Positions 39,645 through 50,106 are shown, counted from the whole stretch's first letter. The stretch: DNA of 60,139 nt, filler included, from Candidatus Woesearchaeota archaeon (GCA_002685855.1; 5 parts of 5 records of this genome joined end to end with filler, not necessarily neighbours in it), one strand, 5' to 3'. Numbers and translations are program-made. The notes: generated by a model from the letters alone, not told the origin.

Positions 39645-41000
39645 TCAAAAATTTGCAACAGAGAGATCCCTGCTTATTTGATCAATAAACTTTGTAACAG
39701 CTATCTTTTTTTTATAAACTTTTTCTACCTGGGAACACGCATGTATAACGGTAGTATGGTCCCTTCCTCCAAAAAAAAGTCCAATCGATGTCAGGGTGTT
39801 GTTTGTTAGTTCCCTACAAAGATACATTGCCAAGTGTCTTGTTTTTACAATTTCCTTTCTTCTTGATGGGCCCACAATTATTTTAACTGGAAAGTTCCTG
39901 ATGTCTGAGACTTTTTTTACAACATCTTCCAGGTTCAGCTCTAAAATCATTTCCTTCCCTAGTTTTTCTCTTATAACTTCCTCAACCAGATCTCTGTTTA
40001 TTTCTTTTCCATGTAGCGATGAGTTTGCAAGTAAGCGGATGATAATGCTCTCTAAAACGCGTATGTTGGTTTTTATGTGGGTAGCAATTAATTCGACAAG
40101 GTCATATTGAAGTTCTAGCCCGCTCTGTTGTGCTTTTTCCAACAATATAGCAACCCTTGTTTCGAAGTCAGGGGGTTGAATGTCCACAGAGAGCCCAGAT
40201 TGAAATCTTGAGACCAGTCTTTCCTGAAGACCCCTCATGTCTCCTGGATAGGTATCTGCAGAAAGAACTATTTGCTTATTGAGCTGTTGTAATTCATTAA
40301 AGGTATGAAAAAATTGTTCTTGTGTTTGTTCTTTTCCTTTAAAAAACTGAATATCATCGATAAGCAGCAAATCTGTGTTCCTATATTTTTTAGTGAATTC
40401 TCCGTTGGTGTTTTTTTGTATACTATTAATGAACTCCTGTGTAAAGCGTTCGCTTGTCTCAAGTACAACCTTTTTACTGATTCCTTTTGCCAGTGCGTGG
40501 TTACCTATTGCGTGAAGCAAATGTGTTTTTCCTAGTCCAACACCTCCATAGATGACGAGAGGATTATAATGAGATTCGCCCGGGTTTTGAGCAACGGACA
40601 TTGCAGCGGCTTTTGCAAATTGATTGTTAACACCTTCGATAAAAGAACTAAATCTGTGGTTTTTGTTTATAAAGTTGGGGACGGGTCTTTTATATTTTTG
40701 TTTTTCTGTTTCTCTATCGTTGTGGTTTATGATAGTATTTTTTCTGGTAGACACGGTATACTTAATATTTAGAGGGTGCCCGTAGTTGTCAACAGCCCTT
40801 CTCTTTATTGTATCTTTGTAGTGAGTATCCAGCCACTCATAAAAAAATTGATTTGGAACTTCGAGAATGAGCTCTTGTTCGTTTAGGGCTACCGGCCTGA
40901 TTGGCGCAATCCACGTATTAAAGGCCTGATTCGGCATTTCTATTTTAATAGATGTTTTTATTGTTTGCCATGCTGACTTGTATTTTTGTTTTTTATCCAC
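39645..41000 (-). CDS. dnaA: Chromosomal replication initiator DnaA
   Basis: YNPLVIYGGVGLGKTHLL, LLIDDIQF, RLVSRF, GGRDHTTVIHAC. Confidence 0.97.
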   Translation of the reverse strand: MDKKQKYKSAWQTIKTSIKIEMPNQAFNTWIAPIRPVALNEQELILEVPNQFFYEWLDTHYKDTIKRRAVDNYGHPLNIKYTVSTRKNTIINHNDRETEKQKYKRPVPNFINKNHRFSSFIEGVNNQFAKAAAMSVAQNPGESHYNPLVIYGGVGLGKTHLLHAIGNHALAKGISKKVVLETSERFTQEFINSIQKNTNGEFTKKYRNTDLLLIDDIQFFKGKEQTQEQFFHTFNELQQLNKQIVLSADTYPGDMRGLQERLVSRFQSGLSVDIQPPDFETRVAILLEKAQQSGLELQYDLVELIATHIKTNIRVLESIIIRLLANSSLHGKEINRDLVEEVIREKLGKEMILELNLEDVVKKVSDIRNFPVKIIVGPSRRKEIVKTRHLAMYLCRELTNNTLTSIGLFFGGRDHTTVIHACSQVEKVYKKKIAVTKFIDQISRDLSVANF

Positions 41001-41012
41001 AGGTTATCCACA
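40993..41012. promoter_or_regulatory. Two perfect DnaA boxes (TTATCCACA)
   Basis: 40993-41001 and 41004-41012, followed by an AT-rich spacer up to rpmH (candidate oriC). Confidence 0.85.
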
Positions 41013-41199
41013 TTTTGTTTTTTGCGGTCTTCGTTGTAAAATTAAACACTATTTTCTGTTTTTTCCTAGTGTAAATATGTTAAATCCATTGTTTTTTTGT
41101 TTCCATATATAATTAAGTGTAATTAAGAACCCATCTAATAATTTTGTTTTTTTATATAAAGATGGCGTATCTTTCCCGGCTAAATAATAAGGCTTTTTT

Positions 41200-41334
41200 A
41201 TGAAAAGAACATATCAACCTCATAATAAAAAAAGGAGGCGCACTCACGGCTTTAGAAAAAGAATGTCTACCAAGGCCGGAAGAAGGGTTTTGTCCCGCCG
41301 TCGCCAGCGAGGCCGACGGTCCATTAGCGTATAG
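41200..41334 (+). CDS. rpmH: 50S ribosomal protein L34 (not in the ORF track)
   Basis: [44 protein letters not shown]. Confidence 0.97.
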   Translation: MKRTYQPHNKKRRRTHGFRKRMSTKAGRRVLSRRRQRGRRSISV

Positions 41335-41340
41335 GGCCGG

Positions 41341-41586
41341 GTGTTTTTTTCAACAGCCGCAAGGGCGGTCGACAGGGCTGTTCTTTTATTTTTTTGGGCG
41401 ACCATTAAGTTTTATAAAGTTTTTCTTTCTCCGCTTTTAGGTTCACGGTGTCGGTTTTCTCCGACTTGCTCACATTATGCTTTGCTGTCAGTAAAAAAAC
41501 ACTCCTCTTTTGTTGCTTTAGTTAAAATTATAAAAAGACTAATTAAGTGTCACCCGCTTCACCCTGGAGGTTATGATCCACTATAA
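41341..41586 (+). CDS. yidD: Membrane protein insertion efficiency factor YidD
   Basis: LSPLLG..CRFSPTCSHYA...KCHPLHPGGYDP. Confidence 0.92.
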   Translation: MFFSTAARAVDRAVLLFFWATIKFYKVFLSPLLGSRCRFSPTCSHYALLSVKKHSSFVALVKIIKRLIKCHPLHPGGYDPL

Positions 41587-41588
41587 AA

Positions 41589-43316
41589 ATGGATAGACGA
41601 TCTTTGTTAGCCATGTTTCTTATTGCCTTGGTGATAATTTTAATGCCCTATTATTTTCAGGCAATCTCACCTGTTTCTGGGTCCCCATTTCCTGTTTCTG
41701 GATGCACAGACCCGGATGCAAACAACTACGACATAAATGCAACCGACGACGACGGAAGTTGTATGTACGTGGCGCCCAAAGCAGAAGCGACCCCTGACTT
41801 AAAACAAAGTGCTCTTTCAATAACTAAACACGAGGAAAAACTCATTACAGTTGACACCCCTCTTTATACTGCCATTATCTCTTCCGCTGGCGGTGGCTCT
41901 ATTAAAAGTTTTGATCTTAAAAAATACCTACTGGCTGACTCTTCCCAGGTAAATCTAATTTCTGATATTAACTCAAACAATCTATTAATATCTTTCCAAA
42001 ATATTTATGGTGAGTATGTTTCAATGCAAGACCCATGGCTAACAGATGAGTCCAGACAACATGTTGAGGTTTTTGGGAGCCCCTTTCTCTTAAGGTTTTC
42101 TACTGTATATGAAGAAACTTCAATAGAAAAAACGCTCACATTTGAACCAAGGTCTTATGTGATTAAGGTCTCTGCGGATATGACCGACGCCTCTGAGCGG
42201 GTTTTGGGCGACTTTTGTTCAATAACCTGGGAGGGGGGGCTCCCCCCAACAGAGCCAAACATTAAGGACGATATTACATATTTCAATGGCTATGTATATC
42301 AGGCAGGAGACAGTTATCAATTTAAAAAAGTGGCTCCCGGTATTGAAAAAAACCAAGGCGGCGCTATGGAGGTCGTTCGGGGTAAAACAGATTGGGTGGC
42401 AATACGCTCTAAATATTTCACCTCTGTTTTTTTGCCTAACGAAGAAAGTGATATTTGTTGGGTGGGGCTAAAGGAGGAAAAAGCGGGTTCATTACCTGTT
42501 CCTGTTTATAACATGGGAATGGGTTTTAACAAAAACCAGTCCTCTATCGTTTCTTTGTATCTTGGGCCGCTCGAGTATGATGCGGTAAGGGAGGTAAGCG
42601 AGGGCCTTCCTAGTATAATGAACTTTGGATTTTCCCTTATTCGGCCGATATCCTTAGGTGTTTTATGGCTTTTAAAGTTTTTTCATCGCTGGTTTCCTAA
42701 CTATGGAGTGGTTTTAATATTGTTTTCTGTGGTCGTTAAAATAATGGTCTTTCCTTTAACAAAAAAGAGCCACCAGTCCTCCAAAGAGATGCAAGCTCTT
42801 CAGCCAGAAATTGCCCGGCTAAAAGAAAAACACAAAAACAACCCGCAAAAATTAAACCAGGCCACAATGAACCTATACAAAGAACATGGCGTAAACCCGC
42901 TTGGTGGCTGTTTGCCTCTTCTAATTCAAATGCCTTTGCTTATTTCTCTTTTTCAGGTTTTTCGTTCTACTATTGAACTACGCGGGGCATACTTTTTTGG
43001 GTGGATAACTGACCTTTCCGCTCCGGATGTTATTTTTAGGCTTCCATTCTCTATCCCTTTATATGGAGACGGTTTCGCGGTTCTGCCCATAATAATGGGA
43101 GTAACTATGTTTGTCCAACAAAAAATGATGCCAACACAGGCAACAGGACAGCAAAAATTTATGTCTTACTTTATGACGGGATTTTTTGTTCTCTTGTTTA
43201 ATGGTTTTCCCTCTGGGCTTAACCTATATTACACTCTTTTTAATGTTCTTACTATCCTACAACAAAAATACCTTACCCCCTCTGTTAATAAAAAAATCTT
43301 AACAAAAAAACAATGA
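41589..43316 (+). CDS. yidC: Membrane protein insertase YidC
   Basis: NYGVVLILFS, MQALQPEI, GVNPLGGCLPLLIQMP, WITDLSAPD, PSGLNLY. Confidence 0.96.
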   Translation: MDRRSLLAMFLIALVIILMPYYFQAISPVSGSPFPVSGCTDPDANNYDINATDDDGSCMYVAPKAEATPDLKQSALSITKHEEKLITVDTPLYTAIISSAGGGSIKSFDLKKYLLADSSQVNLISDINSNNLLISFQNIYGEYVSMQDPWLTDESRQHVEVFGSPFLLRFSTVYEETSIEKTLTFEPRSYVIKVSADMTDASERVLGDFCSITWEGGLPPTEPNIKDDITYFNGYVYQAGDSYQFKKVAPGIEKNQGGAMEVVRGKTDWVAIRSKYFTSVFLPNEESDICWVGLKEEKAGSLPVPVYNMGMGFNKNQSSIVSLYLGPLEYDAVREVSEGLPSIMNFGFSLIRPISLGVLWLLKFFHRWFPNYGVVLILFSVVVKIMVFPLTKKSHQSSKEMQALQPEIARLKEKHKNNPQKLNQATMNLYKEHGVNPLGGCLPLLIQMPLLISLFQVFRSTIELRGAYFFGWITDLSAPDVIFRLPFSIPLYGDGFAVLPIIMGVTMFVQQKMMPTQATGQQKFMSYFMTGFFVLLFNGFPSGLNLYYTLFNVLTILQQKYLTPSVNKKILTKKQ

Positions 43317-44674
43317 TCCTTTCGGATACTATTGTTGCTGTCGCAACCCCACACGGTTTCGGCGGGATATCTGTGATTAGAATAAGCGGTCCAGACTCCA
43401 AAAATATCATAAAAAAGATATCCTTAACCAATAGGAAAAACAAACAATTCAAACATCAGGCCGTTACTCTTGTTAATATTATTGACAATGACGGCCTGCC
43501 CTTTGAAGAGAGTGTTGTTACTTTTTTTAAAAAACCCCACTCCTATACCGGTGAAGACACCATAGAGGTTTCTTGCCACGGAAACCCCTCAATTGTTAAT
43601 CGAATTGTTTCTTTATGTTGTACCTCTGGGGCGCGGCCAGCCGACCCTGGAGAGTTCACCAAAAGAGCCTTTCTAAATGGCAAAATGGACCTGGTTCAGG
43701 CAGAGGCCGTTGCCTCTTTAATTCACTCTAAAACCGCGGAAGGCGCATCTTTAAATTTTAAAATACTTTGTGGTGATTTATCAAAAGAAATGAATACCAT
43801 AAAAAAAGAACTGAAAGACCTTTTGGTGAAGATTGAGTTTGAGCTAGATATTAGCGAGGACTGCCTGCAACCCAACCTTGTCTCTCGTTCCCTGTTGTCC
43901 CTTAAAACCATCCAAGCAACCATAAAGACTGCCCTGGAAAGTCACAACTCAGTTCGAATGCTAAACGATGGGGCAAACGTCGTGATTTGCGGTGCGCCAA
44001 ACGCAGGAAAATCAACACTCCTTAATTGTCTTTCTGGCATTGATAGGGCAATTACCGGCCCTGAAGCAGGAACAACTAGAGATACCATTAGGGCCTCTAT
44101 TTCAATTGGGGGAACCCCCGTTACCCTTATAGACACAGCGGGCCTTCGTGTTTCAAAAAACAAAATTGAAAAAGAAGGGGTAGTTCGGACCAAAAAAGAG
44201 ATAACCCGATCAGACTGTGTGCTTGCGCTTACACCGGCAGACATCCCTATTAAGAAAAAACATCTCAAAATCTCTAGCGGGCCAACTATACATGTAATAA
44301 CCAAAGCCGATTTGTGTACCAAGAAAAAAATTTTTTATTTCAAAAATAAGTTTCCTAGCGCATGTATTATCTCGGCTAAAACCTCTTTTGGTGTTCCAAA
44401 ACTATTAGATGCTCTTCAAAAACACATGGGGCTCTTTTCTTCCCTTAGCCCTATTGTCCCCGTCACCACAGGCAGGCAAAACTTAATTCTAAAAAAAATA
44501 AGTTGTTGTATTCAAAAATCAACAAACCTACTTTCTTCCAAGGGAAACCCACAACTCGAACTAGTTTCTTTTGAACTTCGCGATGCCCTGGAACAAATAG
44601 ACGCTGTGCTTGGAAAAACCTCTACTGATGAAATCCTTAATAGTGTTTTTGGTTCTTTTTGTGTTGGAAAATAG
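43313..44674 (+). CDS. mnmE: tRNA modification GTPase MnmE
   Basis: DTIVAVATP, GEFTKRAFLNGK, GAPNAGKS, GTTRD, DTAG, FCVGK. Confidence 0.96.
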   Translation: MILSDTIVAVATPHGFGGISVIRISGPDSKNIIKKISLTNRKNKQFKHQAVTLVNIIDNDGLPFEESVVTFFKKPHSYTGEDTIEVSCHGNPSIVNRIVSLCCTSGARPADPGEFTKRAFLNGKMDLVQAEAVASLIHSKTAEGASLNFKILCGDLSKEMNTIKKELKDLLVKIEFELDISEDCLQPNLVSRSLLSLKTIQATIKTALESHNSVRMLNDGANVVICGAPNAGKSTLLNCLSGIDRAITGPEAGTTRDTIRASISIGGTPVTLIDTAGLRVSKNKIEKEGVVRTKKEITRSDCVLALTPADIPIKKKHLKISSGPTIHVITKADLCTKKKIFYFKNKFPSACIISAKTSFGVPKLLDALQKHMGLFSSLSPIVPVTTGRQNLILKKISCCIQKSTNLLSSKGNPQLELVSFELRDALEQIDAVLGKTSTDEILNSVFGSFCVGK

Positions 44675-44688
44675 TTTCACGTGAAACG
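44673..44688. promoter_or_regulatory. parS site
   Basis: AGTTTCACGTGAAACG vs consensus TGTTTCACGTGAAACA. Confidence 0.85.
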
Positions 44689-46561
44689 CCCGTCTCCATT
44701 TTTTGATGTTATTGTTGTAGGCGGTGGGCATGCCGGGGCCGAGGCCTCCCTAATCTGCGTGAAGCTCGGCCTTTCTGTTTCCCTTGTAACCATCAACCCG
44801 GGGGCTGTTGGTAGAATGTCTTGCAATCCATCGATTGGTGGCCTTGCAAAGGGCCAGCTTGTTAGAGAAATAGATGTTCTTGGTGGAATAATGGGAAAAA
44901 TTACTGACCTTTCTGCTCTTCAATATAAAATGCTAAACAAGTCCAAAGGAAGGGCGGTGTGGTCACCAAGGGCACAGGTTGACAAAAGGATATACGAGCA
45001 AGAGGTGTTGCGCAGGGTTTCTTCTCCTAAAAACCTGTCTATTTTGCGGGGAGAGGTTGTAAAAATAAACACCTCCGGAGGGGGTGTGTCTGGGGTTGTT
45101 TTATTGTCGGGAAAAGTGCTGTTTTGCCGTGCACTTATTATAACCTGTGGCACCTTCTTAAATGGGCTTATTCATATTGGAGAACAAAAAACAAGAGCCG
45201 GAAGAATGGGGGAAAGGCATAGTCATGGGATTACAGAATCTCTGCGTTCTCTTGGTTTTTGCTCCTCAAGGTTAAAAACAGGAACCCCCCCAAGAATAAA
45301 AACATCTTCTATAGATTTTTCTAAATGTTCGGTTTCGCCTGGAGACAGGGAACCTTCTCCTTTTTCACACTTTACCTCTGTTTTTTCCTCCCCAAACTTG
45401 CCGTGCTATATAACCAAAACAAACACGGTCACTCATAAAATAATAAACCAAAACATGCACCTTTCCCCTATGTTCACCGGGGACGTTGTTGGGCGTGGCC
45501 CCAGATATTGCCCCTCAATTGAGGATAAAATATATCGTTTTCCAAAGAGAAATGAGCACGCTCTCTACCTTGAGCCGGAGTGGCGCAATTCAGGTCAGGT
45601 TTATTTAAATGGCTTTTCTACAAGCCTTCCAATGTCCACGCAAATAAAGGCCCTAAGAGCGGTTCCTGCCCTCAAAAACCTTGAACTTTTGCGACCCGGA
45701 TATGCAATTGAGTATGATTTTTTTCCTCCGTCTCAGCTCAAAACGACCCTTGAAACCAAGACCGTCTCTGGTCTGTTTTTAGCAGGACAGATAAACGGAA
45801 CCTCTGGATATGAAGAGGCCGCTGGCCAGGGACTTGTTGCTGGTATAAATGCCGCTATGTTTGTTTTGAATAAAAAGCCTCTTCTTCTTTCTAGGGAAGA
45901 CTCTTATCTTGGGGTAATGCTTGACGATCTTACAACAAAGGACACGCTTGAGCCTTATCGAATGTTTACCTCCAGGGCAGAATATCGGTTGCTTCTTCGA
46001 TATTCCAATGCGGAAAGCCGGCTCATTAAGCATTCAGACAAACATTGCCTTTTAACAAAAAGAGAGCTTTCTGTTCTTCAAAAAAAAATAAACCTTACTA
46101 ATGCCATGGTCAGCGCCACCCAGGTCTCTCTGAGTAAAAGGGCTCTAAATCATATTTTACAAAAAATCGGAGAACCTCTGGTTAAACAAAAAAAACCAAT
46201 AATAGATATTTTAAAAAGGCCCCGTGTTTCTATAAAAGACTTTAAGGAGCACATTTTAGATGAACACCTTAAGGCCACAACCCTTTTTTTTTCACTGGCT
46301 GAAGAGGCTGCCCTTGAGGCGGAGACCATTATTAAATATGATGGATATATAAAGCGCCAAAAAGACCAAATAAAAAAACTGTCATCAATAAACAAAAAAA
46401 AGATTCCTTATGACTTCAACTATAAGGGGGTTGTTAGCCTTTCTCGGGAAGCAAAAGAAAAGCTATCAATAATCAAACCAGAAACTCTTGGCCAGGCCAT
46501 GAGAGTTTCTGGTGTTAACCCCTCTGACATTGCGGTATTGTCTGTTTTTCTTTATAGGTAG
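44681..46561 (+). CDS. mnmG: tRNA uridine-34 modification enzyme MnmG
   Basis: VVGGGHAG, MSCNPSIGG, GPRYCPSIEDK, AGQINGTSGYEEAA, PYRMFTSRAEYRL. Confidence 0.97.
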   Translation: MKRPSPFFDVIVVGGGHAGAEASLICVKLGLSVSLVTINPGAVGRMSCNPSIGGLAKGQLVREIDVLGGIMGKITDLSALQYKMLNKSKGRAVWSPRAQVDKRIYEQEVLRRVSSPKNLSILRGEVVKINTSGGGVSGVVLLSGKVLFCRALIITCGTFLNGLIHIGEQKTRAGRMGERHSHGITESLRSLGFCSSRLKTGTPPRIKTSSIDFSKCSVSPGDREPSPFSHFTSVFSSPNLPCYITKTNTVTHKIINQNMHLSPMFTGDVVGRGPRYCPSIEDKIYRFPKRNEHALYLEPEWRNSGQVYLNGFSTSLPMSTQIKALRAVPALKNLELLRPGYAIEYDFFPPSQLKTTLETKTVSGLFLAGQINGTSGYEEAAGQGLVAGINAAMFVLNKKPLLLSREDSYLGVMLDDLTTKDTLEPYRMFTSRAEYRLLLRYSNAESRLIKHSDKHCLLTKRELSVLQKKINLTNAMVSATQVSLSKRALNHILQKIGEPLVKQKKPIIDILKRPRVSIKDFKEHILDEHLKATTLFFSLAEEAALEAETIIKYDGYIKRQKDQIKKLSSINKKKIPYDFNYKGVVSLSREAKEKLSIIKPETLGQAMRVSGVNPSDIAVLSVFLYR

Positions 46562-46564
46562 CTT

Positions 46565-48460
46565 GTGGTTTCACGTGAAACAGGTTTTTGTTCAATAGGT
46601 GACTTTTTAAGTTTCTATAAAAAAACAATTTTAAAAACAAAAGGAGAGGTTGAGGGTTCTCTTTCTTTGGAGGCCGCCACAATGGCAGTTCTTTCCTCTT
46701 CGTCTTCTGTTGGTCTTTTTGTTATAATTTCTGCGGACGAAAAAACCGCAACCCGTCTCTATACTGCGGCTTATGGGTTGTGTCCCGACTCTTCGTTTCT
46801 TTTGCCGTGCCTGGAGCCAAAAAAGGACCGCGTTCCTGGGTTTGTTTCAGAGAACCAGCGATATACAGAAGAGGCTCTGTCTGTTTTGTTTTCTGGGAAT
46901 CGAGGTGGAAGAGTTTTTACAACAGTTTCTGCCCTTGAGCGGGCACGCTCTCCCCGCATCCGCTCGTGCGATGAAGAACTTGCTGTTCGCTTGAAACAGA
47001 CACTAAAAATGAGTGCTCTTCTTCGTTTTTTAGACCGTTGGGGGTACCAGAAAACTGATCGAGTGGAAAGCCCGTTAAGTTATGCAGTTAGGGGTGGGAT
47101 TTTAGATTTTTACCTTGTTTATTCAAGAAACCCAATTCGAATAGAGTTTTTTGGCGACGTAATAGACTCTATTCGGCTGTTTAACCCTCAATCACAAAGA
47201 ACGGTTAGGCACCTGAAGGGGGTTGTGTTACTTCCTCGTCTTATTAAAAACAAAAAGAAAGAGGAAACCCTGTTATCTTTTGTTTCTTTTAATGACTCTA
47301 TTAATATATACGGTGTTGAGCATGGTCCCGGTGGAGGGTATCGGGTCTGCCTTGACGGCCCGGGCTCTTTTGCTCTACCTTTAGAGTCTGAGGAAATATC
47401 CCAACAGGCTATAAAAAGGGTCGTTAAAGAAAAATCTTCTGTTTGTTTTTTTTCGTTTTATGAGCGCAGCTCCTATGTCGAGCCTTCCTCTTTTTTGCCT
47501 GCAGGTTACACCGCGAAAAAAATTAGAGCACCCCTAGAAAGTGGGTTTGTCTTGGTAGGTTTTGGTGTTGTTGTTTTTGGGGCCGAAAGCCTCTCGGGCC
47601 CTTCTAAGGCCCCCCCGTCCCGCTGGGCTGTGTTTGGAGATCCTGAAGAACAACATATGGAAATTATTGATATTTCAGACCTCGTGTGGGGTGAAAATAT
47701 TGTACATGAGGAGTTTGGAATTGGTATTTATCGTGGAATAGAAAAAACTGGCGGCAGTGATTGCATTAAGATTAAATATGCAGGTGGCGGCTCTGTTTTC
47801 GTTCCCGCTCACAGTTTTAACAGACTACATCGGCTTGTTGGAGTCAAGGAGGGCTCTGCAAGGCTTTCGTCGCTGGGGGCCGGGTTGTGGAAAAGAAAAA
47901 AGGATAAAATAAAAAAACATGCTCGCTCTATTGCCAAGGACCTTCTTAAAACTCACGCATTAAGACAGGGTTCTCGTGGTTTTGTGTACCAAAAGAAGGG
48001 TGGTTTTTATCGGGCCGTCTGTGAGTCTTTTCCTTTTCAAGAAACTGCCGGGCAAGAGTCGGCCTTGTATGATGTTGACTCTGACATGGAAAAAGACCTC
48101 CCAATGGATAGAATGGTTTGTGGAGATGTTGGGTACGGAAAAACAGAAATAGCCCTCCGTGCGGCAATAAGGGCAGTTGAAAGTGATCGTGTTGTTTTTG
48201 TTATGGCCCCAACAACTGTCTTGGCAAACCAACACTATATCAGCTTTGGGCGACGCCTTTCTCCCCTTGGGGTTAATGTAGAGCTTTTGTCTCGCTTTAG
48301 AACAAAACGAGAACAAATAAAAATTATTGAGGCCCTTGCCCGAGGCATTGTTGATGTTCTTGTTGGCACCCACAGGCTAATGTCGGAGGACGTTTACACA
48401 GAAAACCTTGGACTCATTATTCTTGACGAAGAACATCGTTTTGGTGTAAAACATAAAGAA
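46565..48460 (+). CDS. mfd: Transcription-repair coupling factor Mfd (3' truncated)
   Basis: VRGGILDF..RIEFFGD UvrB-like region, VHEEFGIG.Y RID, CGDVGYGKTE, DEEHRFGV. Confidence 0.9.
46567..46582. promoter_or_regulatory. parS site
   Basis: GGTTTCACGTGAAACA. Confidence 0.85.
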
Positions 48461-48560
48461 NNNNNNNNNNNNNNNNNNNNNNNNNNNNNNNNNNNNNNNN
48501 NNNNTTAATTAATTAANNNNNNNNNNNNNNNNNNNNNNNNNNNNNNNNNNNNNNNNNNNN
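48461..48560. other. Artificial contig spacer
   Basis: N-run, TTAATTAATTAA, N-run. Confidence 0.98.
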
Positions 48561-48561
48561 A

Positions 48562-48816
48562 ACGCCCCCTACAGAGCCAGAGCCTGACTTCCAGACACAA
48601 CAAACACCTTCTATAGAGCCAGAACCCGCATATCAGCAACCAGAACCAAACTCCCCCACTGAAACCGCTGAAAAAACAGGTGACTTTCTCAGCCTCAAAA
48701 CAACCCCTGAACCTCTTGAACAGCCCTCACAACCCGTCCAAGAGCCAGAACCAGAAAAAAAGCCAGCTGAACCAGAGATAGATCTTTCAGACATCTTTAA
48801 CTTTTCCAAACGCTGA
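48562..48816 (+). CDS. 3' end of a Pro/Glu-rich hypothetical protein
   Basis: Open frame TPPTEPEPDF...EPEIDLSDIFNFSKR*. Confidence 0.7.
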   Translation, partial: TPPTEPEPDFQTQQTPSIEPEPAYQQPEPNSPTETAEKTGDFLSLKTTPEPLEQPSQPVQEPEPEKKPAEPEIDLSDIFNFSKR

Positions 48817-48856
48817 AACAAAAAACTTTTTTAAGGAATTCCTTATTCTCAAATAG

Positions 48857-49243
48857 ATGGCAAAAGAAGAAACCCCTGCACAACACTATGTCAGAAATCG
48901 CTCTATAGTTTCAATCCAACACTTTGCCAAACTTAATGGAACCTCATTTCCAGAAGAAGAACCCGCCCCATCTCAGAAAAATCCTCTTGAACTCGTTATA
49001 GAACAAACACAAACCCATCCCATAGATCCCGTAGCTCAGCCAAAAAGAAGCCCATTCAGAACCTATCTCACTGAAAAAATTAGTCGATGCAAACAGATAT
49101 TCCGGGCAGTCTTTATTGATACACCCGCCCGCAACCTTGATACCCATACCTCTTATTTAAGGCCCCTAGAAGAAAACATATATGTCCAATCAGAACCCCA
49201 CAGATCACTTTCTCATGGCCCAAGACGATTTAGACGCTACTAA
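48857..49243 (+). CDS. Hypothetical protein
   Basis: 128-aa ORF preceded by a TATA-like tract. Confidence 0.5.
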   Translation: MAKEETPAQHYVRNRSIVSIQHFAKLNGTSFPEEEPAPSQKNPLELVIEQTQTHPIDPVAQPKRSPFRTYLTEKISRCKQIFRAVFIDTPARNLDTHTSYLRPLEENIYVQSEPHRSLSHGPRRFRRY

Positions 49244-49864
49244 CTAACAAGAAAGTTCAAATTCTCCAACAGAACTGCAGACAACATTCATATCCACAAC
49301 AGAATAAGAATCAATATCCGGATCATCCACCTTCATCTTACAGCAAATATTGGCTGCAGAATTCTGGGCTAAGGTATCAAACTCGTTCTGTTTCTCCCTA
49401 AAATCATCAAGAGCCTCATCGATCTCACGATCCTTCTCCACTAAAGCATCCTGAAGATTGTCAATAACTCCTTCATAATAGTCTGCTTCATCCTCATAAT
49501 GCTTTGTAAGATCCCTAGCATCCAATTCAGAGTTCTTCTCAAGCTCCCCATAACTCTGGGACAGCTCCTGTAACTCCTGATTACAATCATTATTCAACAC
49601 CGCCATCCCATCAATCCTCTCCAGAAGCTTATGATTGAAATCATAACAGCTAGAAAGATTCGCCCCCTGAATATCTAAATTATGCTCTAAATCCTCAAAA
49701 TCAATAGTGTATGTACTAATATCCTTTCCAGAATCCTTAATCTGGTCATACACAAGATAACCTTGAATAGCAGGCCGAATCAGGAAAAAGAGAAGCATAA
49801 CACCTCCTATAAGCCCTACAATAAGCCACACCTTCTTGTTCGGAACCTCCATTTCCCTCTCCAT
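49244..49864 (-). CDS. Membrane-anchored coiled-coil protein with C-terminal Cys motif
   Basis: TM ending in GY, acidic coiled coil, ANICCK...C...C. Confidence 0.8.
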   Translation of the reverse strand: MEREMEVPNKKVWLIVGLIGGVMLLFFLIRPAIQGYLVYDQIKDSGKDISTYTIDFEDLEHNLDIQGANLSSCYDFNHKLLERIDGMAVLNNDCNQELQELSQSYGELEKNSELDARDLTKHYEDEADYYEGVIDNLQDALVEKDREIDEALDDFREKQNEFDTLAQNSAANICCKMKVDDPDIDSYSVVDMNVVCSSVGEFELSC

Positions 49865-50106
49865 GCCTTTTTTTTTGATTACATACTTATATATCTTTCT
49901 AATCCTGCAACTCTTATCCTGGCTATAGAGAGAGAAAGTAGCAAGATTTATATACTACTTCAACATCATGAATATTCATTGTTACTCACGAATGGAAACT
50001 ATGTTTTGCAGTATAGCATATTTGAAGACAACAAACTTTAAAAGCTGATCTAACTTCGGAGTAACAACACATTACACATCTTGATAAACCAAGGGGGTTT
50101 TACAGA

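Noticed and set aside
38654..48460. Horizontal transfer of dnaA/oriC into an archaeon
   Set aside because: Entirely bacterial contig bounded by spacers; mis-binning is simpler
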